Shown one piece after another: positions 55,756-64,000 of a stretch of 64,000 nucleotides of DNA; within the stretch, counting starts at the first letter, position 1, and every line of letters starts with the position of its first letter. The position numbers and the translations under genes were made by a program. The notes below the pieces were generated by a model. That model did not search any database and was not told where the DNA came from. It worked only from the letters and a program-made list of their open reading frames with translations. Source of the DNA: Coraliomargaritaceae bacterium (lineage in GTDB: Bacteria; Verrucomicrobiota; Verrucomicrobiia; Opitutales; Coraliomargaritaceae); assembly GCA_965656495.1 (NCBI GenBank), contig CBFHKU010000001.1, forward strand, positions 338,781-402,780, given 5' to 3'.

Positions 55756-55836
55756 TTTTTCTAATTTGAGAATCTCTTCTCAAATGGCAAGTTTACCATA
55801 AAACTCGGTGGTTGTTAGAAAACAGAGTTTTACATG

Positions 55837-55906
55837 AAACGCAGAGAAGCAGTGAAACGGAGTGATGCTGGAGGCGGTCACTCCGTTTCACTGCTTCTCT
55901 GCGTTT
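55837..55906. repeat. Perfect 29-bp inverted repeat with a 12-nt loop
   Basis: AAACGCAGAGAAGCAGTGAAACGGAGTGA / TCACTCCGTTTCACTGCTTCTCTGCGTTT. Confidence 0.95.
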
Positions 55907-55926
55907 ACAATTAAAGTTGTAGCCCC

Positions 55927-56178
55927 TTACTTGGCGTTGAACTTCGGGGTCAGGTAATCCGCGCAGCTTTGGAGCGACGCCAATTCCGGGTAGTCCGCTT
56001 CCGGCACTTCAATGCCGTGCTGCTTGCGCAATTCCATTACGATATCGAGAAAGTCCATGGAATCCAGGTCCATTTGTTCGCGCAGCGCGATCTCATCCTT
56101 GAGGCCACTGGTGTCCTCGTCGGGTGCGATTTCGTTGATAATATCAATGACGATTTGTTTTACCTGATCTTCGGTCAT
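55927..56178 (-). CDS. Acyl carrier protein
   Basis: LDSMDFLDIVMELRK. Confidence 0.93.
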   Translation of the reverse strand: MTEDQVKQIVIDIINEIAPDEDTSGLKDEIALREQMDLDSMDFLDIVMELRKQHGIEVPEADYPELASLQSCADYLTPKFNAK

Positions 56179-56216
56179 GCTCTTGGAATGAGGGTTTTTG
56201 GGTTTGGGTGCAAGGC

Positions 56217-57452
56217 TCAGGATTCAAATTTTTTCACAATGAGGGCAGAGTTGATCCCAAGCATACCAAATGAATTGTTAAAGATTACCTTCACCGCGTC
56301 AACCTTGCGCGGCTCATTTACCACGAGGTTGGGCAGGGCGCACTCGGGGTCAAGTTCATCGACATTGATGGTCGGGTGAATGATGTTGTCCTGAAAAGAG
56401 GGGAGGTTGCCCGCCAATTCCAAGGCTCCGGCGGCACCCATCGCATGGCCGATGTAACTCTTGGTGTTGTTGACATGGGTGCCGGGGCTTTCACCAAAGA
56501 CCTCCGCCACCGCTTTAATTTCCTGAATATCGCCCTGTGGCGTTGAAGTGGCGTGGGTGTTCACGATATCGACATCGGAAGGTTCCATTCCCGCAGAGGC
56601 GAGGGCCTGACGCATACACTCCGCTTGCCGCTCCGGGTTGGGGAGGACGTAGTCGCTGGCGTCGGAATTGATGCGGTAGCCCGCGATTTCTCCAAGAATG
56701 GTCGCACCGCGCGCCTGAGCATCCTTGAGGCGCTCCAGACAATAAATCGCGCCCCCCTCGGAAACAACGATTCCGTTCCGGCTCTTGTCGAAGGGTCGGC
56801 TCGCTTTATTGGGGTCAGTATGTTCCGCGAGGGCGCCCTGACTCTTGAAACCTGCGAAGATGCCAAAGGTTTGAATGCTTTCGCTGACGCCACCCGCCAG
56901 CGCGAAGTCCACTTCCCCCAAGCGCAGCATTTGCACCGCTTGGATCAGACCGGCATTACCGGCGGCACAGGCTGCGCCAATGGTGTAATGCGGTCCGGTG
57001 ATGCCGGTATTGATGGTTATTTCTCCCGCAGGATTGTTCGCCACGGTGCGGGGGTTGTGGTGATGCGTCCAGTAGCGCACATCATAGTCAAACTGAGAAA
57101 TATTATAAACCTCGTTCTCGGTCTCAACATTACCGTGTTCGGTGGTGCCGACATAAACTCCGATGCGGGATTTATCGAAGCCCTCAAAATCGAGACCGCT
57201 GCTTTTTATGGCTTCGTGCGCGCAATAGATTGCGATGCTACCCGCGCGTGTCCCGACCCGCAATTCCTTTCGCGATTGGTATTGCTTCGGGTCAAAATTA
57301 CAGACCCCCGCCGGCACTTGGCCCATGTAACGCATTTCGATGGATTCCACACGACCGACGCCCGCGAGCAGGTTGGCGCGGAATTCCTCCAGGGTGTTGC
57401 CGTTGGGGGCGGTCAGGCCAAGGCCTGTGATTACAATGCGGTCGAGTTCCAT
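56217..57452 (-). CDS. Beta-ketoacyl-ACP synthase (FabF-like, divergent)
   Basis: RIVITGLG; Cys-His-His triad in GAACAAG, NTHATST, IGHAMGA; NNSFG. Confidence 0.93.
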   Translation of the reverse strand: MELDRIVITGLGLTAPNGNTLEEFRANLLAGVGRVESIEMRYMGQVPAGVCNFDPKQYQSRKELRVGTRAGSIAIYCAHEAIKSSGLDFEGFDKSRIGVYVGTTEHGNVETENEVYNISQFDYDVRYWTHHHNPRTVANNPAGEITINTGITGPHYTIGAACAAGNAGLIQAVQMLRLGEVDFALAGGVSESIQTFGIFAGFKSQGALAEHTDPNKASRPFDKSRNGIVVSEGGAIYCLERLKDAQARGATILGEIAGYRINSDASDYVLPNPERQAECMRQALASAGMEPSDVDIVNTHATSTPQGDIQEIKAVAEVFGESPGTHVNNTKSYIGHAMGAAGALELAGNLPSFQDNIIHPTINVDELDPECALPNLVVNEPRKVDAVKVIFNNSFGMLGINSALIVKKFES

Positions 57453-57517
57453 TACTAAAGAAAAGCCTATAGCATTTGCAGGAGCGATTCTGTCAATCCA
57501 GTAACGCAGGCTGCGGT

Positions 57518-58618
57518 TCAGTGCGCGGTCTTGTGCAGGGGCGGTTGGGCAATCTGCAGTGCGGCGCGGTGACCCCGCAAATCAATGTTTAAACCGTCTG
57601 CCGCAGCAGTGCGGGCAATGAGCGCGCTTCCAATCGGGGCGTTCAAAATGGGAGAGAGCGTGCCGGAGCAGACCGTGCCGACCGTTTCGCCTGTAGCGTT
57701 GAGGACTGCGGTGCCCGCCCGTGCGATGCGGCGACCCTCCAATTTGAAATAAACCATCTGCCGCGCACTATTACCGTCCTTTTGCGCTTCAAGAGCGGCC
57801 TTGCCGATGAAATCGTCCTTCCCGAATTTCACAGTCCAGTCGAGACCCGCCTCCAGCGGGTTAATTGCATCGCTCAACTCATGCCCGTAAAGCGGCAGAC
57901 CCGCCTCGAGGCGCAGACTGTCCCGCGAACCGAGTCCGCACAGTTGCAGGCCGTGTGCTTGGCCCGCCTCAAAGAGCGCTTCTGCCACCGCTTCCGCTCC
58001 AGCGACCGGGATGTAGATTTCAAAGCCGTCTTCCCCGGTATACCCGGTGCGAGCAATGCGGATTTCGTGCCCGAGAAACGTTTCGGTTGTATGCCGGAAG
58101 CGTCCCAGCGTTGCCGCTGCTTGGATCCCGGCCTCCGCCATGAGGTCGGCCGTTTTCGGTCCTTGCACGGCGAGCAGGGCATACTGCGCGGATTGATTCT
58201 CAATCATAACCGCCATCCCGCTCGCCGCCACCTGTTCTTCGATCCATTTTAAATCCTTGGCGCAATTCGAGGCATTCACGCACAGGAGAAATACATCCTC
58301 CGCGCAGCGATAGACGATGAGGTCATCCACGACCCCGCCGTCAGCGCGGCACATCGGTGAATAGACCGCCTGGCCAATCGCGGCAGTGGCGATGCGGTTC
58401 ACCAGCAGGTGATCGAGGAAGGCGGCAGCCTGCGCACCCTCCACCCAAAATTCGCCCATGTGGCTAACGTCAAAAAGCCCCACTGCTTCGCGCACCGCGC
58501 GGTGTTCATCAAGAATGCCACGGTATTGAACCGGCATATTCCAGCCGCCAAAGTCCACAAAGCGGGCGCCGTGGGCATCATGGAACGCGTGTAAGGGGAG
58601 GGTGTTGAGTTCGGGCAT
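57518..58618 (-). CDS. gcvT: Glycine cleavage system aminomethyltransferase
   Basis: FGGWNMPVQY, LFDVSHMGE, RTGYTGEDGFE, RDSLRLEAG.PLYG.E. Confidence 0.97.
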   Translation of the reverse strand: MPELNTLPLHAFHDAHGARFVDFGGWNMPVQYRGILDEHRAVREAVGLFDVSHMGEFWVEGAQAAAFLDHLLVNRIATAAIGQAVYSPMCRADGGVVDDLIVYRCAEDVFLLCVNASNCAKDLKWIEEQVAASGMAVMIENQSAQYALLAVQGPKTADLMAEAGIQAAATLGRFRHTTETFLGHEIRIARTGYTGEDGFEIYIPVAGAEAVAEALFEAGQAHGLQLCGLGSRDSLRLEAGLPLYGHELSDAINPLEAGLDWTVKFGKDDFIGKAALEAQKDGNSARQMVYFKLEGRRIARAGTAVLNATGETVGTVCSGTLSPILNAPIGSALIARTAAADGLNIDLRGHRAALQIAQPPLHKTAH

Positions 58619-58700
58619 GGCGAGTTTTTGAGGTTGGAGCTTGCGGTTCTATCAATCCGCTTTTCTCTAAACTACTTACAAGAGTCACTTTCTTATCAAA

Positions 58701-61688
58701 ATGCAAAATTCTTCTGCAAATCATCGTGAATCCGCTCGTCATTATATCGCTGCCAGTGAAGCAGACCTAACGGAAATGCTAGCCGCGATTGGGCAGCCTT
58801 CCCTCGAGGCGCTCTTTGAACATATTCCGGAAACAGTCCGTTTCTCTGAAGCGCCCGATTTGCCCGCCGAGCTCGACTACGATGCCCTCAAGACCGAACT
58901 CGCTACAATCGCGGAGCGCAACCGCATCGGTACCAGCTTTCTCGGCGACGGCTTGCAGGATTTGGAGCCGTCTCCCGTGGTGGGCCCGGTCTGTGACATT
59001 CGCAATCTCACCACTGCCTACACGCCCTATCAACCCGAGCTCAGTCAGGGAACCCTCCTCGCGCACTGGATCTATCAATGCTCCATGGCGCGTATAACCG
59101 GATTTGAGGCGGTCAACGCTTCCCTCTATGACCGATCCACCGCGATTTTCGAGGGCATCTGCGCCTCCATTCGCATGTCCCGAGGCAAAACCACCGCCCT
59201 GATTCCCGAATCTCTCTACCCCGGCGACCTCGAAGTCCTCTTTACCCTCGCCGAGGAAACCGAGACCGAACTCCGCACCGTTCCCATTGACCCCGACACC
59301 GGAACGATTGACCTGGCCGCCTTGCGTGCCGCCGCCGAGGATTGCGCCGCCGATCTCGCTGCCATCGTCTTTCCTCAAGTTAACACCTTCGGACTCCTCG
59401 AAGACGTCGATGCCCTTACCGACTTCGCCGCGGAACTGGGTGTCAAAAGCGTCGCCGTCATTGATCCCCTTCATCTCTGCGCCGGTGGACTCAAGGCACC
59501 CGCTCATTTCGGTGGCGATGCCTCCGGGGTCGATATCATCGTCGGTGAGGCGCATCACCTCGCTCTCGCCCCCAACTACGGCGGCCCCGGTCTCGGTTTA
59601 TTCGGGGTTCGTTTCTCCGAAAAAGACCGCTCCGGCGTGCGAGCCGCCCCGGGTCGTTTCATCGGTAAAGCGCAGGATTGCGCCGGACGCGACTGCCGCG
59701 TGGGCGTACTCTCCACCCGTGAGCAACACATCCGCAAAGACAAAGCCACCTCCAACATTTGCTCGAATCAGGCCTTCATTGCCACCCTTGTCGGAGCCGC
59801 GCTCCTCGAACGCGGGGATGACGGCCTCGGTGAACTCCTGGCAGACATCCGCAAACGCTGTCAAACCGCCGCCGAAACCCTTACTGCATTTCCCGGCGTT
59901 GAACTCGCCTTTCCCGAAACACCCGCTTTCCACGAGCTCACGCTGCAACTCGACCGCCCGGTCACCGAAGTCCTCGAGGCCGCCCACGCTGCCGGAATCC
60001 TCGCCGGAGCCGATCTCAGCGACCGCCATCCCGGTGAGCGTCAACTCCTCAAGCTCTCCTTTTCCAACCGCGAACAAGACCTCGCTGCCCTCGCAAACGT
60101 TTTTGAATCGCTCTTTGGCACTCCCGTCCCCGCGCAGGCCGCCGTGCCTCCCGCCATCCCTCAAACGCAACTCCGCATCGAAGCACCGGGATTGCCCAGC
60201 TTTCCCGCGGAGGAGGTCATTCAATATTATCAGGAACTTGGCGAGCTCAACGTAAGCCCCGACGACGGATGCTATCCCCTTGGTTCCTGCACCATGAAGT
60301 ATAACCCGCGCGTCAACGACTGGGCCGCCGGTTTGTCGGGCTTCACCGATTTGCACCCCCAGGCACCCATCGCCGACGCGCAAGGTTCCCTGTATCTACT
60401 GCACGAAATTCAGGAATGGTTTAAAAAAATCACCGGACTCGCCGGCGTCACCACGCAACCCCTTGCCGGGGCGCAGGGCGAACTCGTCGGCATCAAACTC
60501 TTTCAGGCGTACCATCGCGACCGCGGCGAGGAACGGGACGTCATCCTCATCCCGCATTCCGCGCACGGGACCAACTTCGCCACCGCCACCATGGCGGGTT
60601 TCGCCGGTAAACTCGGCAAGATCGTCTACCTCGAGGCCGACCGCGAAGGCCGTGTCCTCAACGAAGATCTCGATCGCCAACTCGCTGAATACGGCCCCCG
60701 CGTTGCCGGGGTTATGATCACCAATCCCAACACCTCCGGCATCTTTGAGACCTCCTTTCACGAAATCGCGGAAAAAGTCCATGCCGTTGGCGGGCTCGTC
60801 TACATGGATGGTGCCAATATGAACGCCATCGCCGGGTGGGTTGATCTCGGTGCGCTCGGGGTCGATGCCGTCCACAACAACCTGCACAAAACCTGGACCA
60901 TTCCCCATGGCGGCGGCGGTCCCGGCGATGCCATCGTGGCGGTGAGCGAACGCCTTCTTCCATACCTGCCCGGTTATCAAATTGAAAAAGACGGCGGCCA
61001 ATACCGTCCTGTCAAAGCACCGAAATCAATCGGATCCTTCCACCGCCACTGGGGTAACTTCGCCCACAAGGTGCGTTGCTACACCTACCTCCTGCGCCTC
61101 GGTCGGGAAGGGGTGCGCCGCATGTCGGCGGTCTCGGTGCTCTCGGCCCGCTACCTCCAACACAAGCTCGCTCAGGATTTTGCCCTCCTGCCTGAGGGTG
61201 CCGATGCCGAACCCCGTATGCACGAATTTATCGTGACTCTTCGCGAGGAGGACTACGCCCAACTCGAATCCGTCGGCCTGCGACGTGCCGAGAGCGCTCC
61301 CCGTATCGGAAAACTCTTTCTCGATTTTGGTTTCCATGCCCCCACCGTGGCTTGGCCCGAGCCCCTCGGGCTCATGATCGAACCCACCGAGAGCTACACC
61401 CGCGCCGAGCTCGACCGTTTTGCCGAAGCCGTCAAAGCCATCCACCGCATTCTTATGGAGCACCCCCGCGCCCTCCTTAGCGCCCCGCATTTCACGCCCA
61501 TTGACCGCGTCGAAGAAGCGGTGGCCAACCGCGCAGTTTGCCTCTCCGAGCACCTCGAAACCTTGCCGGCACTCAACACCGCCCGCATCCCCGCCCGCAA
61601 ACTCGCCACCATGCCCGTCGAGGAAATTTACCGCAAGATCATTGAGGCCGCCGAACGCGCCGAAGAGGCAGCGGGCGTCGGAGCTTAA
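58701..61688 (+). CDS. gcvP: Glycine dehydrogenase (decarboxylating), fused GcvPA-GcvPB
   Basis: TAYTPYQPELSQG, REQHIRKDKATSNICSNQ, YPLGSCTMKYNP, NLHKTW.IPHGGGGPG, MIEPTES. Confidence 0.95.
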   Translation: MQNSSANHRESARHYIAASEADLTEMLAAIGQPSLEALFEHIPETVRFSEAPDLPAELDYDALKTELATIAERNRIGTSFLGDGLQDLEPSPVVGPVCDIRNLTTAYTPYQPELSQGTLLAHWIYQCSMARITGFEAVNASLYDRSTAIFEGICASIRMSRGKTTALIPESLYPGDLEVLFTLAEETETELRTVPIDPDTGTIDLAALRAAAEDCAADLAAIVFPQVNTFGLLEDVDALTDFAAELGVKSVAVIDPLHLCAGGLKAPAHFGGDASGVDIIVGEAHHLALAPNYGGPGLGLFGVRFSEKDRSGVRAAPGRFIGKAQDCAGRDCRVGVLSTREQHIRKDKATSNICSNQAFIATLVGAALLERGDDGLGELLADIRKRCQTAAETLTAFPGVELAFPETPAFHELTLQLDRPVTEVLEAAHAAGILAGADLSDRHPGERQLLKLSFSNREQDLAALANVFESLFGTPVPAQAAVPPAIPQTQLRIEAPGLPSFPAEEVIQYYQELGELNVSPDDGCYPLGSCTMKYNPRVNDWAAGLSGFTDLHPQAPIADAQGSLYLLHEIQEWFKKITGLAGVTTQPLAGAQGELVGIKLFQAYHRDRGEERDVILIPHSAHGTNFATATMAGFAGKLGKIVYLEADREGRVLNEDLDRQLAEYGPRVAGVMITNPNTSGIFETSFHEIAEKVHAVGGLVYMDGANMNAIAGWVDLGALGVDAVHNNLHKTWTIPHGGGGPGDAIVAVSERLLPYLPGYQIEKDGGQYRPVKAPKSIGSFHRHWGNFAHKVRCYTYLLRLGREGVRRMSAVSVLSARYLQHKLAQDFALLPEGADAEPRMHEFIVTLREEDYAQLESVGLRRAESAPRIGKLFLDFGFHAPTVAWPEPLGLMIEPTESYTRAELDRFAEAVKAIHRILMEHPRALLSAPHFTPIDRVEEAVANRAVCLSEHLETLPALNTARIPARKLATMPVEEIYRKIIEAAERAEEAAGVGA

Positions 61689-61745
61689 ATCTGCTCCGGG
61701 TAGGCTCCGCTCGTTACCAGTTCCACGGTGCGCGCCTGCACGATG
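61680..61745 (+). repeat. 66-bp direct repeat, copy 1 (overlaps the gcvP stop; relic copy of the nucleotidyltransferase 3' end)
   Basis: First 45 bp identical to 62562-62606; the minus strand reads IVQARTVELVTSGAYPEQI*. Confidence 0.95.
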
Positions 61746-62049
61746 CGCTTGAATTAAACCACAGATTGCGCAGATGGGCGCAGATCATTTCACGGTAAAC
61801 AATCATCTGCGGAAATCTGCGTCATCTGTGGTTGAGAATAGTCTTCATCAGGGAAGTTGTTCACCACGAAGGCGCGGTAAATCGTGGAAGCGGCAATCCT
61901 GCCGCTTTGCTTGTTGGTTGGAACCACGAATGAGGAGGTAGTTGTTAGTTGAACGTTGTTCGTTGGGATTACTCTTAATCTTACTCTTATTCCTAATCTT
62001 AATCTTAGGAACATCGACCGTTCAACGAACTACTTTCAACGCCATAGCT

Positions 62050-62136
62050 CTGCCCTAAGGCCAGCTTAGCTGGCGACCGCTGATAGGCGCTTATTTTCGC
62101 TAATCCTTAAAACAAAAATATCAGTGTTTATAAGCG
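62050..62136 (+). repeat. 87-bp dispersed element, copy 2
   Basis: Matches 20824-20910 with 6 mismatches by hand alignment. Confidence 0.9.
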
Positions 62137-62187
62137 AGGATTAGCGGTTTCCGGCTCTGCCGGATTCAGGGCAGCACGCTGGATACA

Positions 62188-62407
62188 GTGGAAGCGGCAA
62201 TCCTACCGCTTTGCCTGTTGTTGGAAAGCGACAAGAGTGTCGCTTCTACTGTATAGGCTGCATCTCGTGGAAGCGGCAATCCTACCGCTTTGCCTGTTGT
62301 TGGAAAGCGACAAGAGTGTCGCTTCTACTGTATAGGCTGCATCTCGTGGAAGCGGCAATCCTGCCGCTTTGCCTGTTGTTGGAAAGCGACAAGAATGTCG
62401 CTTCTAC
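62188..62407. repeat. BIME-like array: three inverted REP doublets with a 79-bp period
   Basis: Units start at 62188, 62267 and 62346. Each is GTGG-AAGCGGCA-ATCC-TRCCGCTT, a linker, then an inverted GTAG-AAGCGACA-YTCT-TGTCGCTT. Confidence 0.9.
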
Positions 62408-62561
62408 GTTTAAATAAGTAACATCGAACTTTGAGGGGATTAAGAGTTCAATGTTCGAAGTTGATTGAGTGTTCAATATTGCCAAGGCGTTTGGGTGTGG
62501 TGCCTGGTTGCGAGCAGCTACCGTTTCAATCGACTGGAAACAAGTGGCAAGGAATATCCAT

Positions 62562-62627
62562 GGAGCTTAAATCTGCTCCGGGTAGGCTCCGCTCGTTACC
62601 AGTTCCGCGATACGTTCCTGCACGATG
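62562..62627 (+). repeat. 66-bp direct repeat, copy 2 (functional 3' end of the nucleotidyltransferase gene)
   Basis: The minus strand reads IVQERIAELVTSGAYPEQI*. Confidence 0.95.
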
Positions 62628-63469
62628 GGTTTGTCATCGGGGTAGGTCACGCCAAACCATTGCCCGCGCGATTCCAGAACCACGCATTTCGTTTGTTCTT
62701 CGCGGATGAGCGCATCCACCACACTCGGCAAATAGCATTCCGATTTCGCTTCGTTGCCATGCGCTTTGAGGAAGGACACAAAGGCGGCCTCCAAGCTGGC
62801 AAAGAAGGCGGGTGTGAAACCCCAGAAATTCATCGAGACCGGCGCCTCCGCTTTTAGGTTTACGGTTTCGCCCGCGAGATTGCGACCCTGCAACAATCCG
62901 TCTGCGCCCCGCGCAATCATTTCGTGTTCTTCCACCGATTGCAGGCAACCGTCCGCGACTGTGCACAAGCCCCGGTTGACGGAACCGTGTTCGGATAAGG
63001 TGAGCTCCAGCGGGTAGGCTACCAGCGCGGTTCGCAATTCGGGCTGGGCCGCGCTCGATTCAAAGTAAGCGACCATGCGAGCATACGCCTCCGCACCATA
63101 AAAATCATCGGCATTGATCACGGCGAATGGCCCCTCCACTTCTGCGCGCGCGGCCCGCACCGCGTGTGCGGTTCCCCAGGGCTTCTCGCGACCTGCCGGG
63201 ACCGCATACCCCTCCGGTAAATCTGCCAAGTCCTGGTAAGCGTAGGCGACCTCCATACGATCCTCGAATTTCGACCCCACCGCTTCTTTGAAAACCGCCG
63301 CAAAATCCTCCCGTATCACGAACACCACCTTTTTGAAGCCCGCCCGCAGCGCGTCGTACACCGAATAATCCAGCACCGTTGCGCCCTGTGGCCCCATCGG
63401 ATCCAATTGCTTTAAGCCTCCGTAACGGCTGCCCATGCCCGCTGCTAAAACTACGAGTGTATATTCCAT
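62567..63469 (-). CDS. Sugar-phosphate nucleotidyltransferase family protein
   Basis: LVVLAAGMGSRYGGLKQ, REKPWGTAHAV, VINADDFYG, SMNFWGF, WFGVTY..D. Confidence 0.93.
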   Translation of the reverse strand: MEYTLVVLAAGMGSRYGGLKQLDPMGPQGATVLDYSVYDALRAGFKKVVFVIREDFAAVFKEAVGSKFEDRMEVAYAYQDLADLPEGYAVPAGREKPWGTAHAVRAARAEVEGPFAVINADDFYGAEAYARMVAYFESSAAQPELRTALVAYPLELTLSEHGSVNRGLCTVADGCLQSVEEHEMIARGADGLLQGRNLAGETVNLKAEAPVSMNFWGFTPAFFASLEAAFVSFLKAHGNEAKSECYLPSVVDALIREEQTKCVVLESRGQWFGVTYPDDKPIVQERIAELVTSGAYPEQI

Positions 63470-63638
63470 GGGGTTCCTTATGCTCGACCACCTCTTTGAG
63501 GCAAGTTTGGAGGTTTATTTCTTTTAAAAAAACGAATGAGCGAGCATTGAAAAAGACGCTGTGAAAAATTTATAAAATAAACAATAAATAATTATAAGAT
63601 GGACAATATAATTATAATGTAAATATTAAGAGGCCTGT

Positions 63639-63869
63639 ATGGATGCTTGGATTATATACATCGCAATTGGAATCCTGCTGGTCTTCGGGTTTCTACTGCT
63701 CTTGTTTCTTATAATTTCCAACTGTTATTTGGATGAGATGCGTTTGGATTGGGAATCGCGGCGCGAGCAGAAACATGATCAGCAGATGGCCCAAGAAAAA
63801 CTTAAGCGTAAAAAGCGTCGTTCCCGATCAATTTTCAGGCAGCGAAAATCCCGATCGCACCGCAGATAG
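63639..63869 (+). CDS. Small membrane hypothetical protein
   Basis: One TM helix and a basic tail, preceded by an AT-rich promoter-like region and GAGG. Confidence 0.55.
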   Translation: MDAWIIYIAIGILLVFGFLLLLFLIISNCYLDEMRLDWESRREQKHDQQMAQEKLKRKKRRSRSIFRQRKSRSHRR

Positions 63870-64000
63870 CACAAGGCATTGCTACTCGGATTGCGACGGG
63901 ATTTCCCGGCGGGCGACTTTCTTGAGGTAGGATTGCACGGAGCTTGCCTGCGAGGTACGCGCTTCTCCAAGGCGTGCGGCATGTCGAAATTGCTTTTCGC

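Larger units (their letters stand above)
61757..62470. repeat. Mosaic intergenic repeat locus C
   Basis: AACCACAGAT/ATCTGTGGTT inverted arrays 61757-61833; REP at ~61884; TCTTAA hexamers ~61968-62008; AACATCG-like heptamers; the 87-bp element; REP doublets. Confidence 0.9.

Noticed and set aside
58619..58700. Glycine riboswitch ahead of gcvT or gcvP
   Set aside because: Only 82 bp separate the divergent genes, and no aptamer motif is visible.
62188..62407. CRISPR array
   Set aside because: The sequences between the palindromes are identical rather than unique spacers, the units are inverted doublets, and no cas genes are present.

Overview
A mostly core-genome bacterial window, most likely Verrucomicrobiota (Opitutae/Puniceicoccaceae-like). 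That placement rests on my reading of the 16S sequence plus PEP-CTERM, EpsI, SHD1-like and sulfatase genes; no database search was run. It holds a complete rRNA operon (16S, tRNA-Ala, tRNA-Ile, 23S, 5S), gltBD, accBC, kdsB, trpB, a trpG-like gene, nrdR, gcvT/gcvP, an RND efflux operon, a VapBC pair, an ATP-grasp/alpha-E/transglutaminase operon and two accessory lipid/acyl clusters. The most unusual signal is non-coding. (1) A four-helix-bundle gene sits between gltB and gltD, and nearly all of the flanking intergenic DNA is inverted 7-bp tandem arrays. (2) Three intergenic mosaics (about 3.9-4.4, 20.4-20.9 and 61.7-62.5 kb) are built from the same shuffled 6/7/8/10-bp arrays and GTRG-type REP hairpins, and two of them share an 87-bp element. 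(3) Two segments are bracketed by direct repeats that duplicate a gene 3' end (32 bp around the RND operon; 66 bp at the gcvP/nucleotidyltransferase junction), with no recombinase gene in the window. All product calls come from motif recognition by eye.
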